Of a DNA stretch of 64,000 bases, positions 9,267-19,000 are shown piece by piece. The stretch's first letter is position 1; every line of letters starts with the position of its first letter. This DNA comes from an uncultured Gammaproteobacteria bacterium. GTDB lineage: Bacteria > Patescibacteriota > Microgenomatia > Levybacterales > UBA12049. Where the stretch lies: contig CAYWPH010000001.1 in assembly GCA_964460145.1 (NCBI GenBank), forward strand, positions 26,579 to 90,578, read 5' to 3'. Below the pieces are notes generated by a model that was not told the origin of the DNA, searched no databases, and saw only the letters and a list, made by a program, of their open reading frames with translations. The position numbers and the translations under genes were made by a program.

Positions 9267-9737
9267 GTTATATTTATTAACGGTTCAATAAATGCAGGAA
9301 AAACTACCGTAGCAGATATTTTAGTTAAAAAGATTCCTAATACTGCCCACGTTGATATAGATATGCTGCGATTTTTTATAACATGGATGCCACTTGATGA
9401 ATCAATTCCCATTAATTTAGAAAATGCCGCCCTAGTAATAAAAAACTTTGTAGAAAAAGGTTTAAATGTTGTGGTAACTTATCCTATTTCTCAAAAAAAC
9501 TACGAGTTTTTAATGGAGAAACTTAAAGATTTAAAGGACAAAATTTATTTTTTTACTTTAAATCCTCAAATGCAAACTATTCTTAACAGGGGAGTAATGT
9601 CGGATGCAGAAAGAGAAAGAGTAAGGTATCATTACAAAATTGAAATTAATAAACCCACGTTTGGAGTTATAATTGATAGCACGGGTAAGACTCCTGAGCA
9701 AACTGCGCAAGAGATGCTAAAATTATTAAGAAAGTAA
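9264..9737 (+). CDS. P-loop nucleotide-kinase-like protein
   Basis: N-terminal Walker A variant NGSINAGKTT; C-terminal IIDSTGKTPEQTA. Confidence 0.8.
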   Translation: MVIFINGSINAGKTTVADILVKKIPNTAHVDIDMLRFFITWMPLDESIPINLENAALVIKNFVEKGLNVVVTYPISQKNYEFLMEKLKDLKDKIYFFTLNPQMQTILNRGVMSDAERERVRYHYKIEINKPTFGVIIDSTGKTPEQTAQEMLKLLRK

Positions 9738-9788
9738 TTTCCTCAGAATTTTCCTCGTAATTTAAACTTCTGTTATAATCTTGGTATG
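9738..9788 (+). repeat. Repeat unit copy 2
   Basis: TTTCCTCAGAATTTTCCTCGTAATTTAAACTTCTGTTATAATCTTGGTATG. Confidence 0.8.
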
Positions 9789-10328
9789 GATTTGACGAAA
9801 GTAATTATAAAAACAGACAGATTAAAACTTGTTCCAACTTCTTTGGTATACGCTTCTGAAATGTTTAAAGAGTTTACGGAGGAGATAACTACTTTTATGT
9901 ATCCAAAAGCTGCAAAGGAAATTAGGGAAACAGAAGATTTTGTCAGTTCCTCAATTCAAAAAATGAAAAACGGAGAAGAGCTACAAGTTGTAATTTTAAA
10001 TAAAATAACAGGAGAATTTTTAGGTCATGGAGGAATAAGCAAGTTAAAATCTGAAACACCGGAGTTAGGTATCTGGATTAAAAAGAGAGCTCACGGAAAT
10101 AAGTATGGGAGAGAGGCAGTAAAAGGATTAAAGAAATGGATAGATGATAATATCAATTATAAGTACGTAATATACCCAGTTGATAAAAGAAATACATCGA
10201 GTAGGAAAATAGCAGAATCTTTGGGTGGAGTTGTAGAAGATGAATATAAAAAAGAAAGTATGTCAGGTAATATACTTGATGAAGTTGAATATAGAGTTTA
10301 TCCTAAATCTCTCAAATTTTCCTCGTAA
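9786..10328 (+). CDS. GNAT N-acetyltransferase (RimJ/RimL-like)
   Basis: IKTDRLKL, ELGIWIKKRAHGNKYGREA, NTSSRKIAESLGG. Confidence 0.88.
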   Translation: MDLTKVIIKTDRLKLVPTSLVYASEMFKEFTEEITTFMYPKAAKEIRETEDFVSSSIQKMKNGEELQVVILNKITGEFLGHGGISKLKSETPELGIWIKKRAHGNKYGREAVKGLKKWIDDNINYKYVIYPVDKRNTSSRKIAESLGGVVEDEYKKESMSGNILDEVEYRVYPKSLKFSS

Positions 10329-10353
10329 ATACTTGTGTTATAATTTCTGCATG
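10308..10353 (+). repeat. Repeat unit copy 3
   Basis: TCTCTCAAATTTTCCTCGTAAATACTTGTGTTATAATTTCTGCATG; last 20 nt identical to copy 1. Confidence 0.8.
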
Positions 10354-10788
10354 AGTAATCGTATCTGGGATCCGGAAGATAAATATAAAGCCGCAGTTAT
10401 AAAAGAATATAGTCATTGGGTTGTTGAGGTTAGCTTTAGACAGCATACTTTTGGCTGTTTTATTATTTTTGCAAAAAGAGATATAGAGAAAATTTCTGAG
10501 TTAAAAAGCGAAGAGCTTATTGAGTTAAAAGATGTAATGTCAGAAATTGAAAATGTATTAAAGACTATACCAGAGTTTAATCCCGACAGATTTAACTATC
10601 TACAAATGGGAAATGCATTGCATCATTTGCATTTTCACTTAATTCCAAGATATGAAACGCAGAGAAATTTTGATGGTAAGGAATGGAATGATGAAGCATT
10701 TGGACATCCTCCTGTTTGGAGTAAAACAGAAGTATCTAGAGACTTAGTTATAAAAATAAAAGAGACTATCCAAAAATATTTAAAATAA
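10351..10788 (+). CDS. HIT-family hydrolase
   Basis: FNYLQMGNALHHLHFHLIPRY histidine triad; ATG 10351 follows the repeat's -10. Confidence 0.9.
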   Translation: MSNRIWDPEDKYKAAVIKEYSHWVVEVSFRQHTFGCFIIFAKRDIEKISELKSEELIELKDVMSEIENVLKTIPEFNPDRFNYLQMGNALHHLHFHLIPRYETQRNFDGKEWNDEAFGHPPVWSKTEVSRDLVIKIKETIQKYLK

Positions 10789-10808
10789 TATTTTCTTCAA
10801 TTTTCCTC

Positions 10809-10838
10809 TTGACAAACATCTTAATTACATTGTATTGT
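10809..10838 (+). promoter_or_regulatory. Putative promoter of the HU gene, preceded by a partial repeat core
   Basis: TTGACA-18 nt-TATTGT, immediately after TTTTCTTCAATTTTCCTC. Confidence 0.55.
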
Positions 10839-10873
10839 AAACCTAAATCAAAAAGGCAGGGAGGTGAAATAAT

Positions 10874-11146
10874 TTGACAAAAAAAGACTTAGTAGAGTTA
10901 GTAGCAAAGAAAGGAAACTTTACCAATAAAGCAGCTAGAGATTCTGTTTCTGCATTCTTAAACGGTATTAGAGATTCGTTAAAAAGAGGAGAGAAAGTCG
11001 TAATTACCGGATTCGGAACTTTTTCTATTAGAAAAAGAGCAGCTAGGCCAGGTAGAAATCCAAAGACTGGAGAAAAAATTACTATAGAGGCAAGAAAAGC
11101 TCCTGGATTTACTCCTGGAAAAACACTTAAAAAGGCAGTAAGATAA
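10874..11146 (+). CDS. hup: DNA-binding protein HU
   Basis: GFGTF and GRNPKTGE motifs; TTG start with strong SD GGGAGGTGA. Confidence 0.96.
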   Translation: MTKKDLVELVAKKGNFTNKAARDSVSAFLNGIRDSLKRGEKVVITGFGTFSIRKRAARPGRNPKTGEKITIEARKAPGFTPGKTLKKAVR

Positions 11147-11187
11147 AGTCCTAATTTTTAAATTAAACTTTGCTATAATTGTTTTAT

Positions 11188-12237
11188 ATGAATTTAAGAC
11201 CGAGGTTAATTTTTTTCACTGTTGTCGGTTTAATAATTTTGATTTTTCTCTATATTCAAAGGGATATCCTAACACCTTTTATATTAGCAGCAATATTTGC
11301 ATATATTTTTAATCCTCTTATAAATCTATTTTCTAAGACTCTTAAACTTCCAAGGAGTTTGTCAATAATTTTAGTTTACTTAATATTAATATTTAGCGTA
11401 GTTTACATTGGAAACTTACTTACAAGGGAATTAATACGGGAGTCTGAAAATATAAGAGGGATAATTCTTGATTACATAGCTTATTTAAAGTTAAATATAG
11501 AATCACTTCCTCCTATAATACAGCCGTACATCTCATCTTATACAGAATTGCCTAAGGTGCAAATTGGCGCCTTAGGGTTATCTGCTTTTCCTGTTTTTAC
11601 CCTTGCTCTTTCAGGTATTTTAAATTTTTTTGTTTTTATTTTTGCTACATTTTTCTTTTTAAAAGATAATGAAAAAATAACAAGTAAATTTCTGCTTTTA
11701 GTTCCTGGTAAAGAAAGAGTTGAAATAAGCACTCTTATTAGAAAAATCAATACTGTGTTATCGAAATACCTAAGAGGTCAGATAATTCTAATTATTTCTT
11801 TGGCAATAATGCTGTATGTAGGATTTAGTTTCCTTGGTATTAAAAATGCTCTTACTATTTCTATTTTATCTGCACTTGCCGGAATAGTCCCGATAATTGG
11901 CGCAATCGCAACAATAATAATTGGAACTTTTGTTATTGTATTATCCGGAGGAATTCATGCATTTAATCTTGGGGTATTGGAAACAATATTGATAGTTATT
12001 GGAATTTATTACGGCGCACAATTAATTCAGGATTATATTTTAGCTCCTTTTATTCTCGGTAAGGCTGTCAGGCTCCATCCTCTTGTTATACTTTTTGCAG
12101 CTTTAGCAGGTGGAAACATAGCCGGGATATTAGGTCTTATTTTGGCTATTCCAGTTGCTGCAACTACAAAAATTTTATTAGAGTTTATAATGGATAAGAT
12201 TAATCACAGGGATTATTTACTAAACAAAGAAGAATAA
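11188..12237 (+). CDS. AI-2E family (PerM-like) transporter
   Basis: Multi-TM; YLRGQ, LHPLVILFAALAGG, GLILAIP motifs. Confidence 0.9.
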   Translation: MNLRPRLIFFTVVGLIILIFLYIQRDILTPFILAAIFAYIFNPLINLFSKTLKLPRSLSIILVYLILIFSVVYIGNLLTRELIRESENIRGIILDYIAYLKLNIESLPPIIQPYISSYTELPKVQIGALGLSAFPVFTLALSGILNFFVFIFATFFFLKDNEKITSKFLLLVPGKERVEISTLIRKINTVLSKYLRGQIILIISLAIMLYVGFSFLGIKNALTISILSALAGIVPIIGAIATIIIGTFVIVLSGGIHAFNLGVLETILIVIGIYYGAQLIQDYILAPFILGKAVRLHPLVILFAALAGGNIAGILGLILAIPVAATTKILLEFIMDKINHRDYLLNKEE

Positions 12238-12239
12238 AA

Positions 12240-12592
12240 GTTCTTTGGAAGATAGTAAGCCAGATTCTGTTTCTAAGTTGCAATCTGTCTCAAATGTGAT
12301 ATTTATTCACTTTTGGTTCCTTTTGGGAACTGCCCTCAAACTTCGATGCTAGGTAAAGCACTTTTAACGCATCTTTCGGAGGTTACAGCAGGTAGGATTG
12401 CCCGTTTCACTCCCACTCGTCTCTGTTGCTCTCAGATTATGTTAATTCATAATCTGTTCTAAAACCATATGTGGGTGAGGTTTTAGACACTAGCTATTTC
12501 TAGTCGGAACTTACGTCCCAATCCTGGCTTTACGTCTGTCTGGACTTTCCTGTCCCTAAAATTAGGAACTAGCAACTCATCTTCCAAAGAAC
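12240..12592 (-). ncRNA. rnpB: RNase P RNA
   Basis: Minus strand has CAGGAAAGTCCAGAC (CR-I), AGCAACAGAGACG, GTGAAACGGGCAATCC and AACAGAATCTGGCTTAC (CR-V); terminal P1 GTTCTTTGGAAGA/TCTTCCAAAGAAC; TATAAT just upstream. Confidence 0.92.
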
Positions 12593-12618
12593 GCATGTAT
12601 TATATCAAAAAATGGCTT

Positions 12619-15522
12619 TTAAATCGAATTTAGAAGTGTTGAGCAAAGCATTTTATATTCACAATTTTTACAAAATATTGATTTTGAACATACGAAACTA
12701 CTTTGAGAGATTTCTTTAACTTTTTCTAAAATATATTGTTTAGTTTTATCTAGTTGTAATTGATTTCTTTGAGTGGAAAGTTTTGTATTTGTTTCTATGT
12801 AATGCAAAGATAGGATTAGATTTTGAGGATCAATATTAAAAGGTTTTTCTAAAATTTCTTTTGCAGCCAGAGCATAAAAACTTAACTGTTTATTGTCAAT
12901 TAAATCCTTTTGAGTTAACATATTTTGTCCGGTTTTATAATCAATTATCTCTAATTTTCCACTCTTTAGTTTATCAATTCTATCTATTCTTCCCGTAACT
13001 CTTAGATTATCAATATTGAATTGAAACGGTTTTTCTAAAGCAATCGGTAAGTTGTCTTTATTAAAATTATCTCTTAAGTATTTAAAGATATTTTTTTTGG
13101 CTTTTATTAAAGCTTTTCTCTCATGTTCTTTGCTTGAATATCCTTCGTTTATCCAGTCCAATTTAAAAAGCTTTATTGAATCTTTGATATTCATTTTTTC
13201 TCCATTGATCCAGCTTTGATAGAAATCTCTCAAAACGAGATGAATACTTGTTCCAAAACTTTGTGCCGCAGTAGGAATTGTTGGAATTTTTAAGATAAAT
13301 TTAAGTTTATAATGAAGGGGACATATTTCAAATGCTTGAATATGAGAATATGAAATATAATCTATTGGAATATTTTTAGAGCTAGCTTTTTCTTCAACCA
13401 CCTCTTTTTGTGACCATTCGATTAAAGATAATTGAGTTTCTTTATTTTTAATCTCTTTATTTAATATTTTTTCAACTTCTTTTTGGCCTAAAGCTTCATA
13501 TATAAAAGGGGAAAGTTTTCTATCCCTTTTTTCCTCACTATAATAGTTTGCTGCAGAAAAAAATAACATATCTCTTGTCCTGGTCATTCCTACATAAAAA
13601 AGTCTTCTCTCTTCTTGTAAATGATAATCTCCAGTTGGCAGTATTTCTTTAATAAGTTTTTCTGGAATTGGTATTTTTTCTCTTCTTTCTCTGGTAGGAA
13701 ATCTTTGAGAAACAAGGTTAACCAAAAATACAACAGGAAACTCAAGTCCTTTGCTTGAATGAACTGTTAAAATGTTTACTGCGTTATTTTCTGACCAGTC
13801 AGTGTCAGAAGCCAAAGGACTTTCTCCCATTTGCATTGATAAATCTATCCAGTCAACTACTTCATAAACACTTGCAGTTTTATGCTGCGTCTCATAGGTT
13901 TTTAGTTTATCAAAAAGCTTTGCAATATTTTTTGCTATTAATTCTTCTTTTAAAGTTTTATATTCCAAAATGCTTTTAATTAAGCCTGAGTCTTCCAGAA
14001 AATAATATAAAATTTGTCCTGCTGTTTGTTTTGGTATAAGTTTTAGGTGCTTTTTTATCATTTTAGTCAGTGTTTTAAATTTTTCTTTTGATTTTTTCTT
14101 AACAACTAATTCATCTATGTGTTCTAGGGTTTGAAAAAGAGAATAATTTTTTCTTTTCATAAAATTTAAAAGCACTGCTAAATCCACGGCATCAAAATCA
14201 AAAACTGACATATTTAAAACCCTGTATAAAGAACTTGTATCTTCAAAGCTATACAACACTTTAAGATAGGAGATTAAATCTTTTATTTCTTCCTGATGAA
14301 AAAGTCTTCCGGGACCTAGAAATTGATAAGGAATCTTTGCTCGTTGTAAACTTCTGGTAAAACTATCTGCATGACCATTTGCTCTTACCAGGATTGCAAA
14401 ATCTTTGTAATCATATTTTTTACCATCGTCATAAATTTGTTTAATTTTACTTACAACAGTTTCTGCTTCATCTTCAACTCTTTGTTTATAAATCAATTCT
14501 GTTTTTGCTCCTTCAATATTTCTTACAGAAATTAGCCTTTTATTTATTTTTTGTTTTATCTCGAGTCGGTCTGGATTATTGTTTTGAATAAGATTATATG
14601 ATTTATCCAATATTTCCTTTGTAGATCTATAGTTGTTAACAAGAGAAATTATTTTTGCTTTGGGAAATCTTTTTTTGAATTGGAGTATGTTGGAAATTGA
14701 ACTTCCTCTAAATCTATAAATTGATTGGTCATCATCTCCAACAACATTAATATTTTGTCTTTTACCAGCTAACAATATTACAAGTTGGTTTTGAGCAAAA
14801 TTGGTATCTTGGAATTCATCTACTAAAATATATTTAAACATTTCCTGATATTGTTTTAGAATATTTTTTCTAGTTCTAAAAAGTTTTAGAGTGTTAGAAA
14901 TTAAATCTGAAAAATCCATTACACTTTCTTTTGCTTTTAGATCTTCGTAGGTTTTAAAGGCATGGGAGAGCTCAATATATTTTTTATATTCATCCTTGTC
15001 TTTTTTAATTTCTTTATTTGTTTTTACAAATTCAATATAATCATTTGGCAAAATATCTTCATCTTTTAGTCTTGAGAAGTGTTGCAATATTGCCTCTAAA
15101 AATTTATTTGGATTACCAAGGGGACGGAAATAATTAAGTTTTAGTTTGAAAAGGTTTTCTTTTAAAAACAGAACACTTTCTGCTTCTGTCATTAATTTAT
15201 ACGATGGGTTAAGTCCGATGTGAATACTTTCAGATCTTAAAACTCGATCGCAAAAAGAATGGAAGGTTGATATCCACATTTGAGTATATCCATATGGCAT
15301 TGCCTGATCAACTCTCTCTTCCATTTCAAATGCGGCTTTTTCCGTAAAGGTTAATGCAAGAATTTGGGAAGGGTTAATATTTTTCTTTAAAACAAGATGT
15401 TTTATTCTCTCAGTTATTACAGTAGTTTTGCCGGTACCTGCTCCTGCAATAATTAGTAATGGACCATCACCAAACAAAATAGCACTTAGCTGATTTTTAT
15501 CCAAATTAATACCAGCCTTCAT
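12619..15522 (-). CDS. UvrD/PcrA-family helicase fused to a C-terminal PD-(D/E)XK nuclease
   Basis: AGAGTGKT, VDEFQDTN, TVHSSKGLEF, EERRLFYVGMTR; C-terminal GRIDRID..IIDYKTG with Cys motifs (CPLHY...CKNCEYKMLC). Confidence 0.93.
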   Translation of the reverse strand: MKAGINLDKNQLSAILFGDGPLLIIAGAGTGKTTVITERIKHLVLKKNINPSQILALTFTEKAAFEMEERVDQAMPYGYTQMWISTFHSFCDRVLRSESIHIGLNPSYKLMTEAESVLFLKENLFKLKLNYFRPLGNPNKFLEAILQHFSRLKDEDILPNDYIEFVKTNKEIKKDKDEYKKYIELSHAFKTYEDLKAKESVMDFSDLISNTLKLFRTRKNILKQYQEMFKYILVDEFQDTNFAQNQLVILLAGKRQNINVVGDDDQSIYRFRGSSISNILQFKKRFPKAKIISLVNNYRSTKEILDKSYNLIQNNNPDRLEIKQKINKRLISVRNIEGAKTELIYKQRVEDEAETVVSKIKQIYDDGKKYDYKDFAILVRANGHADSFTRSLQRAKIPYQFLGPGRLFHQEEIKDLISYLKVLYSFEDTSSLYRVLNMSVFDFDAVDLAVLLNFMKRKNYSLFQTLEHIDELVVKKKSKEKFKTLTKMIKKHLKLIPKQTAGQILYYFLEDSGLIKSILEYKTLKEELIAKNIAKLFDKLKTYETQHKTASVYEVVDWIDLSMQMGESPLASDTDWSENNAVNILTVHSSKGLEFPVVFLVNLVSQRFPTRERREKIPIPEKLIKEILPTGDYHLQEERRLFYVGMTRTRDMLFFSAANYYSEEKRDRKLSPFIYEALGQKEVEKILNKEIKNKETQLSLIEWSQKEVVEEKASSKNIPIDYISYSHIQAFEICPLHYKLKFILKIPTIPTAAQSFGTSIHLVLRDFYQSWINGEKMNIKDSIKLFKLDWINEGYSSKEHERKALIKAKKNIFKYLRDNFNKDNLPIALEKPFQFNIDNLRVTGRIDRIDKLKSGKLEIIDYKTGQNMLTQKDLIDNKQLSFYALAAKEILEKPFNIDPQNLILSLHYIETNTKLSTQRNQLQLDKTKQYILEKVKEISQSSFVCSKSIFCKNCEYKMLCSTLLNSI

Positions 15523-15553
15523 TGAGGTATTGTATCACAAGAAAAATATTAGA

Positions 15554-15976
15554 CTATTCTACAGTAACTGATCCAACCTGGCTTACGTTGAAATGGTTAT
15601 GATATTTATATGTTCCTGCTTTTTCAAATACAACAGATACAACTTGTCCGTTTTCAAAAGACCCAAGATTTAAAAATGGCCAGAGCAAATGAGTTGGGTG
15701 TACAGCTGAGTTTACTGTTACTTTTGTACCGCTTTCATTTGTCCAGGTAACTTTATCTCCTGCTTTTATGGTAATTTCTTTTGGCTCAAAACCATTAGCT
15801 GTAACTGTAACATCTGTCGAGTTTGATTGTTCTTCCACAGCTTGCGCAGCGGTTGGATTTGGGTTGGTAACAGCAGACGTATTATTTTGAGTTGTATTTT
15901 TTGTGCTTAAGACAACTATTGCAGCAACAACTAGTACTACAACTACTCCAACAATTCCAATTAATTTAGTATTCAT
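15554..15976 (-). CDS. Membrane-anchored cupredoxin/plastocyanin-like protein
   Basis: N-terminal TM; GFEPKEITIKAGDKVTWTN and GTYKYHNH; SD AAGGAGGTGA. Confidence 0.8.
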   Translation of the reverse strand: MNTKLIGIVGVVVVLVVAAIVVLSTKNTTQNNTSAVTNPNPTAAQAVEEQSNSTDVTVTANGFEPKEITIKAGDKVTWTNESGTKVTVNSAVHPTHLLWPFLNLGSFENGQVVSVVFEKAGTYKYHNHFNVSQVGSVTVE

Positions 15977-15997
15977 AAATTTTCACCTCCTTGTCTT

Positions 15998-16993
15998 TTA
16001 ACTATTTTCTGTAATTTCTTTTTTATTATATTCTAACTTTCTTGTCAATCTCATTTTATTTCCCATACTGGTAAAACCGCTTGATACATTAGAAAATTGT
16101 GCATAAGAATTATTGATGTGTTTTCCTAAAGTTGATAAATTTTCTTCTACTTTTTCGTAATCATTTAAAACATTTCTTAAAAGAGCAAAAAGCTCTTTAG
16201 ACTTGCTTTCAATTCTTTTACCCTCAAAAGATAAAAGTATTGTTTGCAAATGCGCATAAAGAGTAGATGGAGAGACCATATAAACTCTTTGTTTTCTTGC
16301 ATAGTCTAAAACTTGAGGTAAATTAACAACCTCGTAATATACCGATTCGCTTGGAATATACATTAAAGCAAAATCCATTGTTCCCTCAGCGGGTGCGATA
16401 TATTTTTGAGAAATTGCGTCAATATGCCTTTTTAAATCTCTAATAAATTCTTTTTGAAATATTTCTTTTTCTAATGCGTCTTTTGCTTTAGACATTTTTT
16501 GAAAATTCTCCATTGGAAATTTTGAGTCAATGGATAAAATACCTGCATCAGTTTTTATGGCAGCGTCAACTTTTTCTCCAGATTTAAACGTGTATTGTAA
16601 AAAAAAGCTTTCCTTAGGAAACATCTGAGAAATAAGATCTTTTAATACTTGCTCTCCAATATTTCCACGTAGTTTTGGACTTTTTAAGAAATCTTGAAGT
16701 TCTCTCATGTTTCTTCCTATTTCACTCATTTCCCCAACCTCTCTTTCTACATCTTTTATTACCATTGCAGTTTTTTCTAATCTATCGTTTAGCTGCTTGG
16801 AATTTTCTTGTAAGGTTTTTACCATATTATTTGAAGAGGAGTTGATTGATAGTTGCATTGTTCTAAGCCACTCTAGTAAAGCTTCATCCGTTTTATTTTT
16901 TCCTGCACTTTCAAGCTTTTTATTTATAAAGAATATGAGGACACCAAAACCGATGGTAATAAAAAGAAGAATTATGAGCAGGTCTTGTTGCAT
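15998..16993 (-). CDS. rmuC: DNA recombination protein RmuC
   Basis: RGNIGEQVL, IDSKFP, DFALMYIPSESVY, SPSTL. Confidence 0.92.
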   Translation of the reverse strand: MQQDLLIILLFITIGFGVLIFFINKKLESAGKNKTDEALLEWLRTMQLSINSSSNNMVKTLQENSKQLNDRLEKTAMVIKDVEREVGEMSEIGRNMRELQDFLKSPKLRGNIGEQVLKDLISQMFPKESFFLQYTFKSGEKVDAAIKTDAGILSIDSKFPMENFQKMSKAKDALEKEIFQKEFIRDLKRHIDAISQKYIAPAEGTMDFALMYIPSESVYYEVVNLPQVLDYARKQRVYMVSPSTLYAHLQTILLSFEGKRIESKSKELFALLRNVLNDYEKVEENLSTLGKHINNSYAQFSNVSSGFTSMGNKMRLTRKLEYNKKEITENS

Positions 16994-17023
16994 ATTATAT
17001 ATTTTACCATTTGTGAGCAAGCT

Positions 17024-18055
17024 TTAGTTAAAGTAAAGTTCTGGATTTGCTTCTACTTTTTCCCAAGGGAGCTTTTGATAATTAAAAAATCCAGCTGTTG
17101 CAATCATTGCTGCGTTATCTGTACAAAGAGATTTTTGTGGAACAAAAACTCTAACGTCTGGTATCTGAAATTTTGTAGCCGACGTAATGCTGTCTTTAAG
17201 CGTTTTATTTGCAGCAACGCCTCCTCCCAAAAGAATTGATTTTGCACTATATTTTTTTGCTGCATTTATTGTTTTTGTAAGTAAAGTGTCAATTATTGCT
17301 TTTTGAGTAGAGGCGCAAATATTTGCGATATCCTGATCGTTTAATTTTGACATACTGCTTACTTGTCTTAAAACTGCTGTTTTTAAACCGCTAAAGCTAA
17401 AATCAAGATCATTAGAAGAAATTAAAGGACGAGGAAAATTATATTTTTTACTATCCCCTTTTGTTGCAAGATTTTCAATAATTGGTCCTGCAGGATAAGG
17501 AAGATCTAAAAGTCTTCCGATTTTGTCCAGTGCCTCTCCAGCTGCGTCGTCTCTTGTTCCACCCAGCCATTCAATTTTGCCATGTTGTTTTATTAAGACT
17601 AAATCAGTGTGTCCGCCAGAAACAACAAGAGCAATAGCGGGAAATTCTATTTCCTTTTCTTTAATCTGGCTTTCATTAATAAAATTTGCATATATATGTC
17701 CGAATAAATGATTAACAGCAATTATGGGTTTATTTAGTATAAATGCAAATACTTTTGCCGTTTCAACACCGACAAGAAGCGATCCAATAAGTCCTGGGCC
17801 AACTGTTACTGCAATTGAATCTATCTCTGAGAGTTTAACATCGGTTTTACTTAGCGACTTTTCAATTACTGGGATAATATATTTAATTTGTTCTCTGGCA
17901 GCAATTTCCGGAATTACTCCGCCGGTTTTTGTATGTAAAGATAGAGAAGTCGCAACAATATTAGAAAGTATTGTTACATTTGTATCATTTTTATTTGCTT
18001 TAATAACTGCAGCAGAGGTTTCATCGCAACTTGTTTCAATTCCTAAAATAGTCAT
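17024..18055 (-). CDS. tsaD: tRNA t6A threonylcarbamoyltransferase TsaD
   Basis: ILGIETSCDETS, GGVIPEIAAR, VSGGHT, TDNAAMIA. Confidence 0.97.
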   Translation of the reverse strand: MTILGIETSCDETSAAVIKANKNDTNVTILSNIVATSLSLHTKTGGVIPEIAAREQIKYIIPVIEKSLSKTDVKLSEIDSIAVTVGPGLIGSLLVGVETAKVFAFILNKPIIAVNHLFGHIYANFINESQIKEKEIEFPAIALVVSGGHTDLVLIKQHGKIEWLGGTRDDAAGEALDKIGRLLDLPYPAGPIIENLATKGDSKKYNFPRPLISSNDLDFSFSGLKTAVLRQVSSMSKLNDQDIANICASTQKAIIDTLLTKTINAAKKYSAKSILLGGGVAANKTLKDSITSATKFQIPDVRVFVPQKSLCTDNAAMIATAGFFNYQKLPWEKVEANPELYFN

Positions 18056-18056
18056 T

Positions 18057-18506
18057 TTAATAATTTATTTTAACACTATCGCCTTTTTTAAAGTTATATT
18101 TATCGCTTAGCCCAGCGTTGATTTCAAAAACCATATCAGAGGGAACATTTGGTTTATATGTTTTTAGATTTTCATTTTCATTTTTAGGATAATTAACGTT
18201 TTTAAAAATTGTTGTAATTTTATTATCTCTAATAAAAATAATGTCTATAGGAAATTTCATACTTTTCATCCAAAAAGTATGGTAATCTTTATTTTCAAAA
18301 ATAAATAACATTCCAAAATCCTTTGCAATTGTTTTATATCTTGCAAGACCTAATTCTTTTTGCTTGTTAGATCTAGCAACTTCTACATTGAAAGATTTCC
18401 CTTTGATAGAAACATAAGGTTTTTGGGTATTTAAAAAAACTGTAAAAATTACTGAAGACAAAAATATGGCAATAAATAGAATGAAGGTTAAGCGTAAAAT
18501 TCTCAT
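18057..18506 (-). CDS. DUF192 family protein
   Basis: VEVA...GL, GMLFIF, FWMKSMKFPIDIIFI, VFEINAG. Confidence 0.88.
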   Translation of the reverse strand: MRILRLTFILFIAIFLSSVIFTVFLNTQKPYVSIKGKSFNVEVARSNKQKELGLARYKTIAKDFGMLFIFENKDYHTFWMKSMKFPIDIIFIRDNKITTIFKNVNYPKNENENLKTYKPNVPSDMVFEINAGLSDKYNFKKGDSVKINY

Positions 18507-18507
18507 A

Positions 18508-18993
18508 TTAAAAATCTAGAGAAATTAGTTTTGCCAGTCTTGTTGTTGATTTATCCTCAAGTCTTTCCATAACACTTATTACCTTTGCATTTATATTTTT
18601 TGCTTGTCTTTTTTTATGAAATATTGCATTATCATTTTTAGTAACAGCAATAATATCTGGATGTATTTCTTCTACTAGATCATCATATTCCTTACTTATT
18701 TTTATTCCATTAAGAAGCACTATAAAGTCCACAAATTTTAGCGCTGATAGTATTTGAGCTCTATCATCTTGTGAGTTGATAGGTTTTTTATCTCCTTTTA
18801 ATTTTTTAACTGATTCATCGCTTTCTAAAAGTATGAAGAGATAATCTCCTTTTTGCCTTGCCTTTTCTAAAAACCTTATGTGGCCAATATGTAAAACATC
18901 AAAACAGCCTCCAGCTAAAACTATCACTTTTTTTTCTGAGTTTATCTTTTGCGCTGCATCTATTGCTTGTTGAATATCTAAAACCTTACCCAT
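18508..18993 (-). CDS. Cytidylyltransferase family protein (TagD/RfaE/RibL-like)
   Basis: GGCFDVLHIGH (HIGH motif), KSTT at C-terminus. Confidence 0.88.
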   Translation of the reverse strand: MGKVLDIQQAIDAAQKINSEKKVIVLAGGCFDVLHIGHIRFLEKARQKGDYLFILLESDESVKKLKGDKKPINSQDDRAQILSALKFVDFIVLLNGIKISKEYDDLVEEIHPDIIAVTKNDNAIFHKKRQAKNINAKVISVMERLEDKSTTRLAKLISLDF

Positions 18994-19000
18994 TTTATTT

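Noticed and set aside
10240-10350. N-terminal extension of the HIT ORF
   Set aside because: Overlaps the GNAT gene and the repeat/promoter unit; real start is likely 10351
9219-10353. CRISPR array or classical integron attC sites
   Set aside because: Repeats are separated by whole genes, are degenerate and non-palindromic, and there is no cas or intI gene in the window
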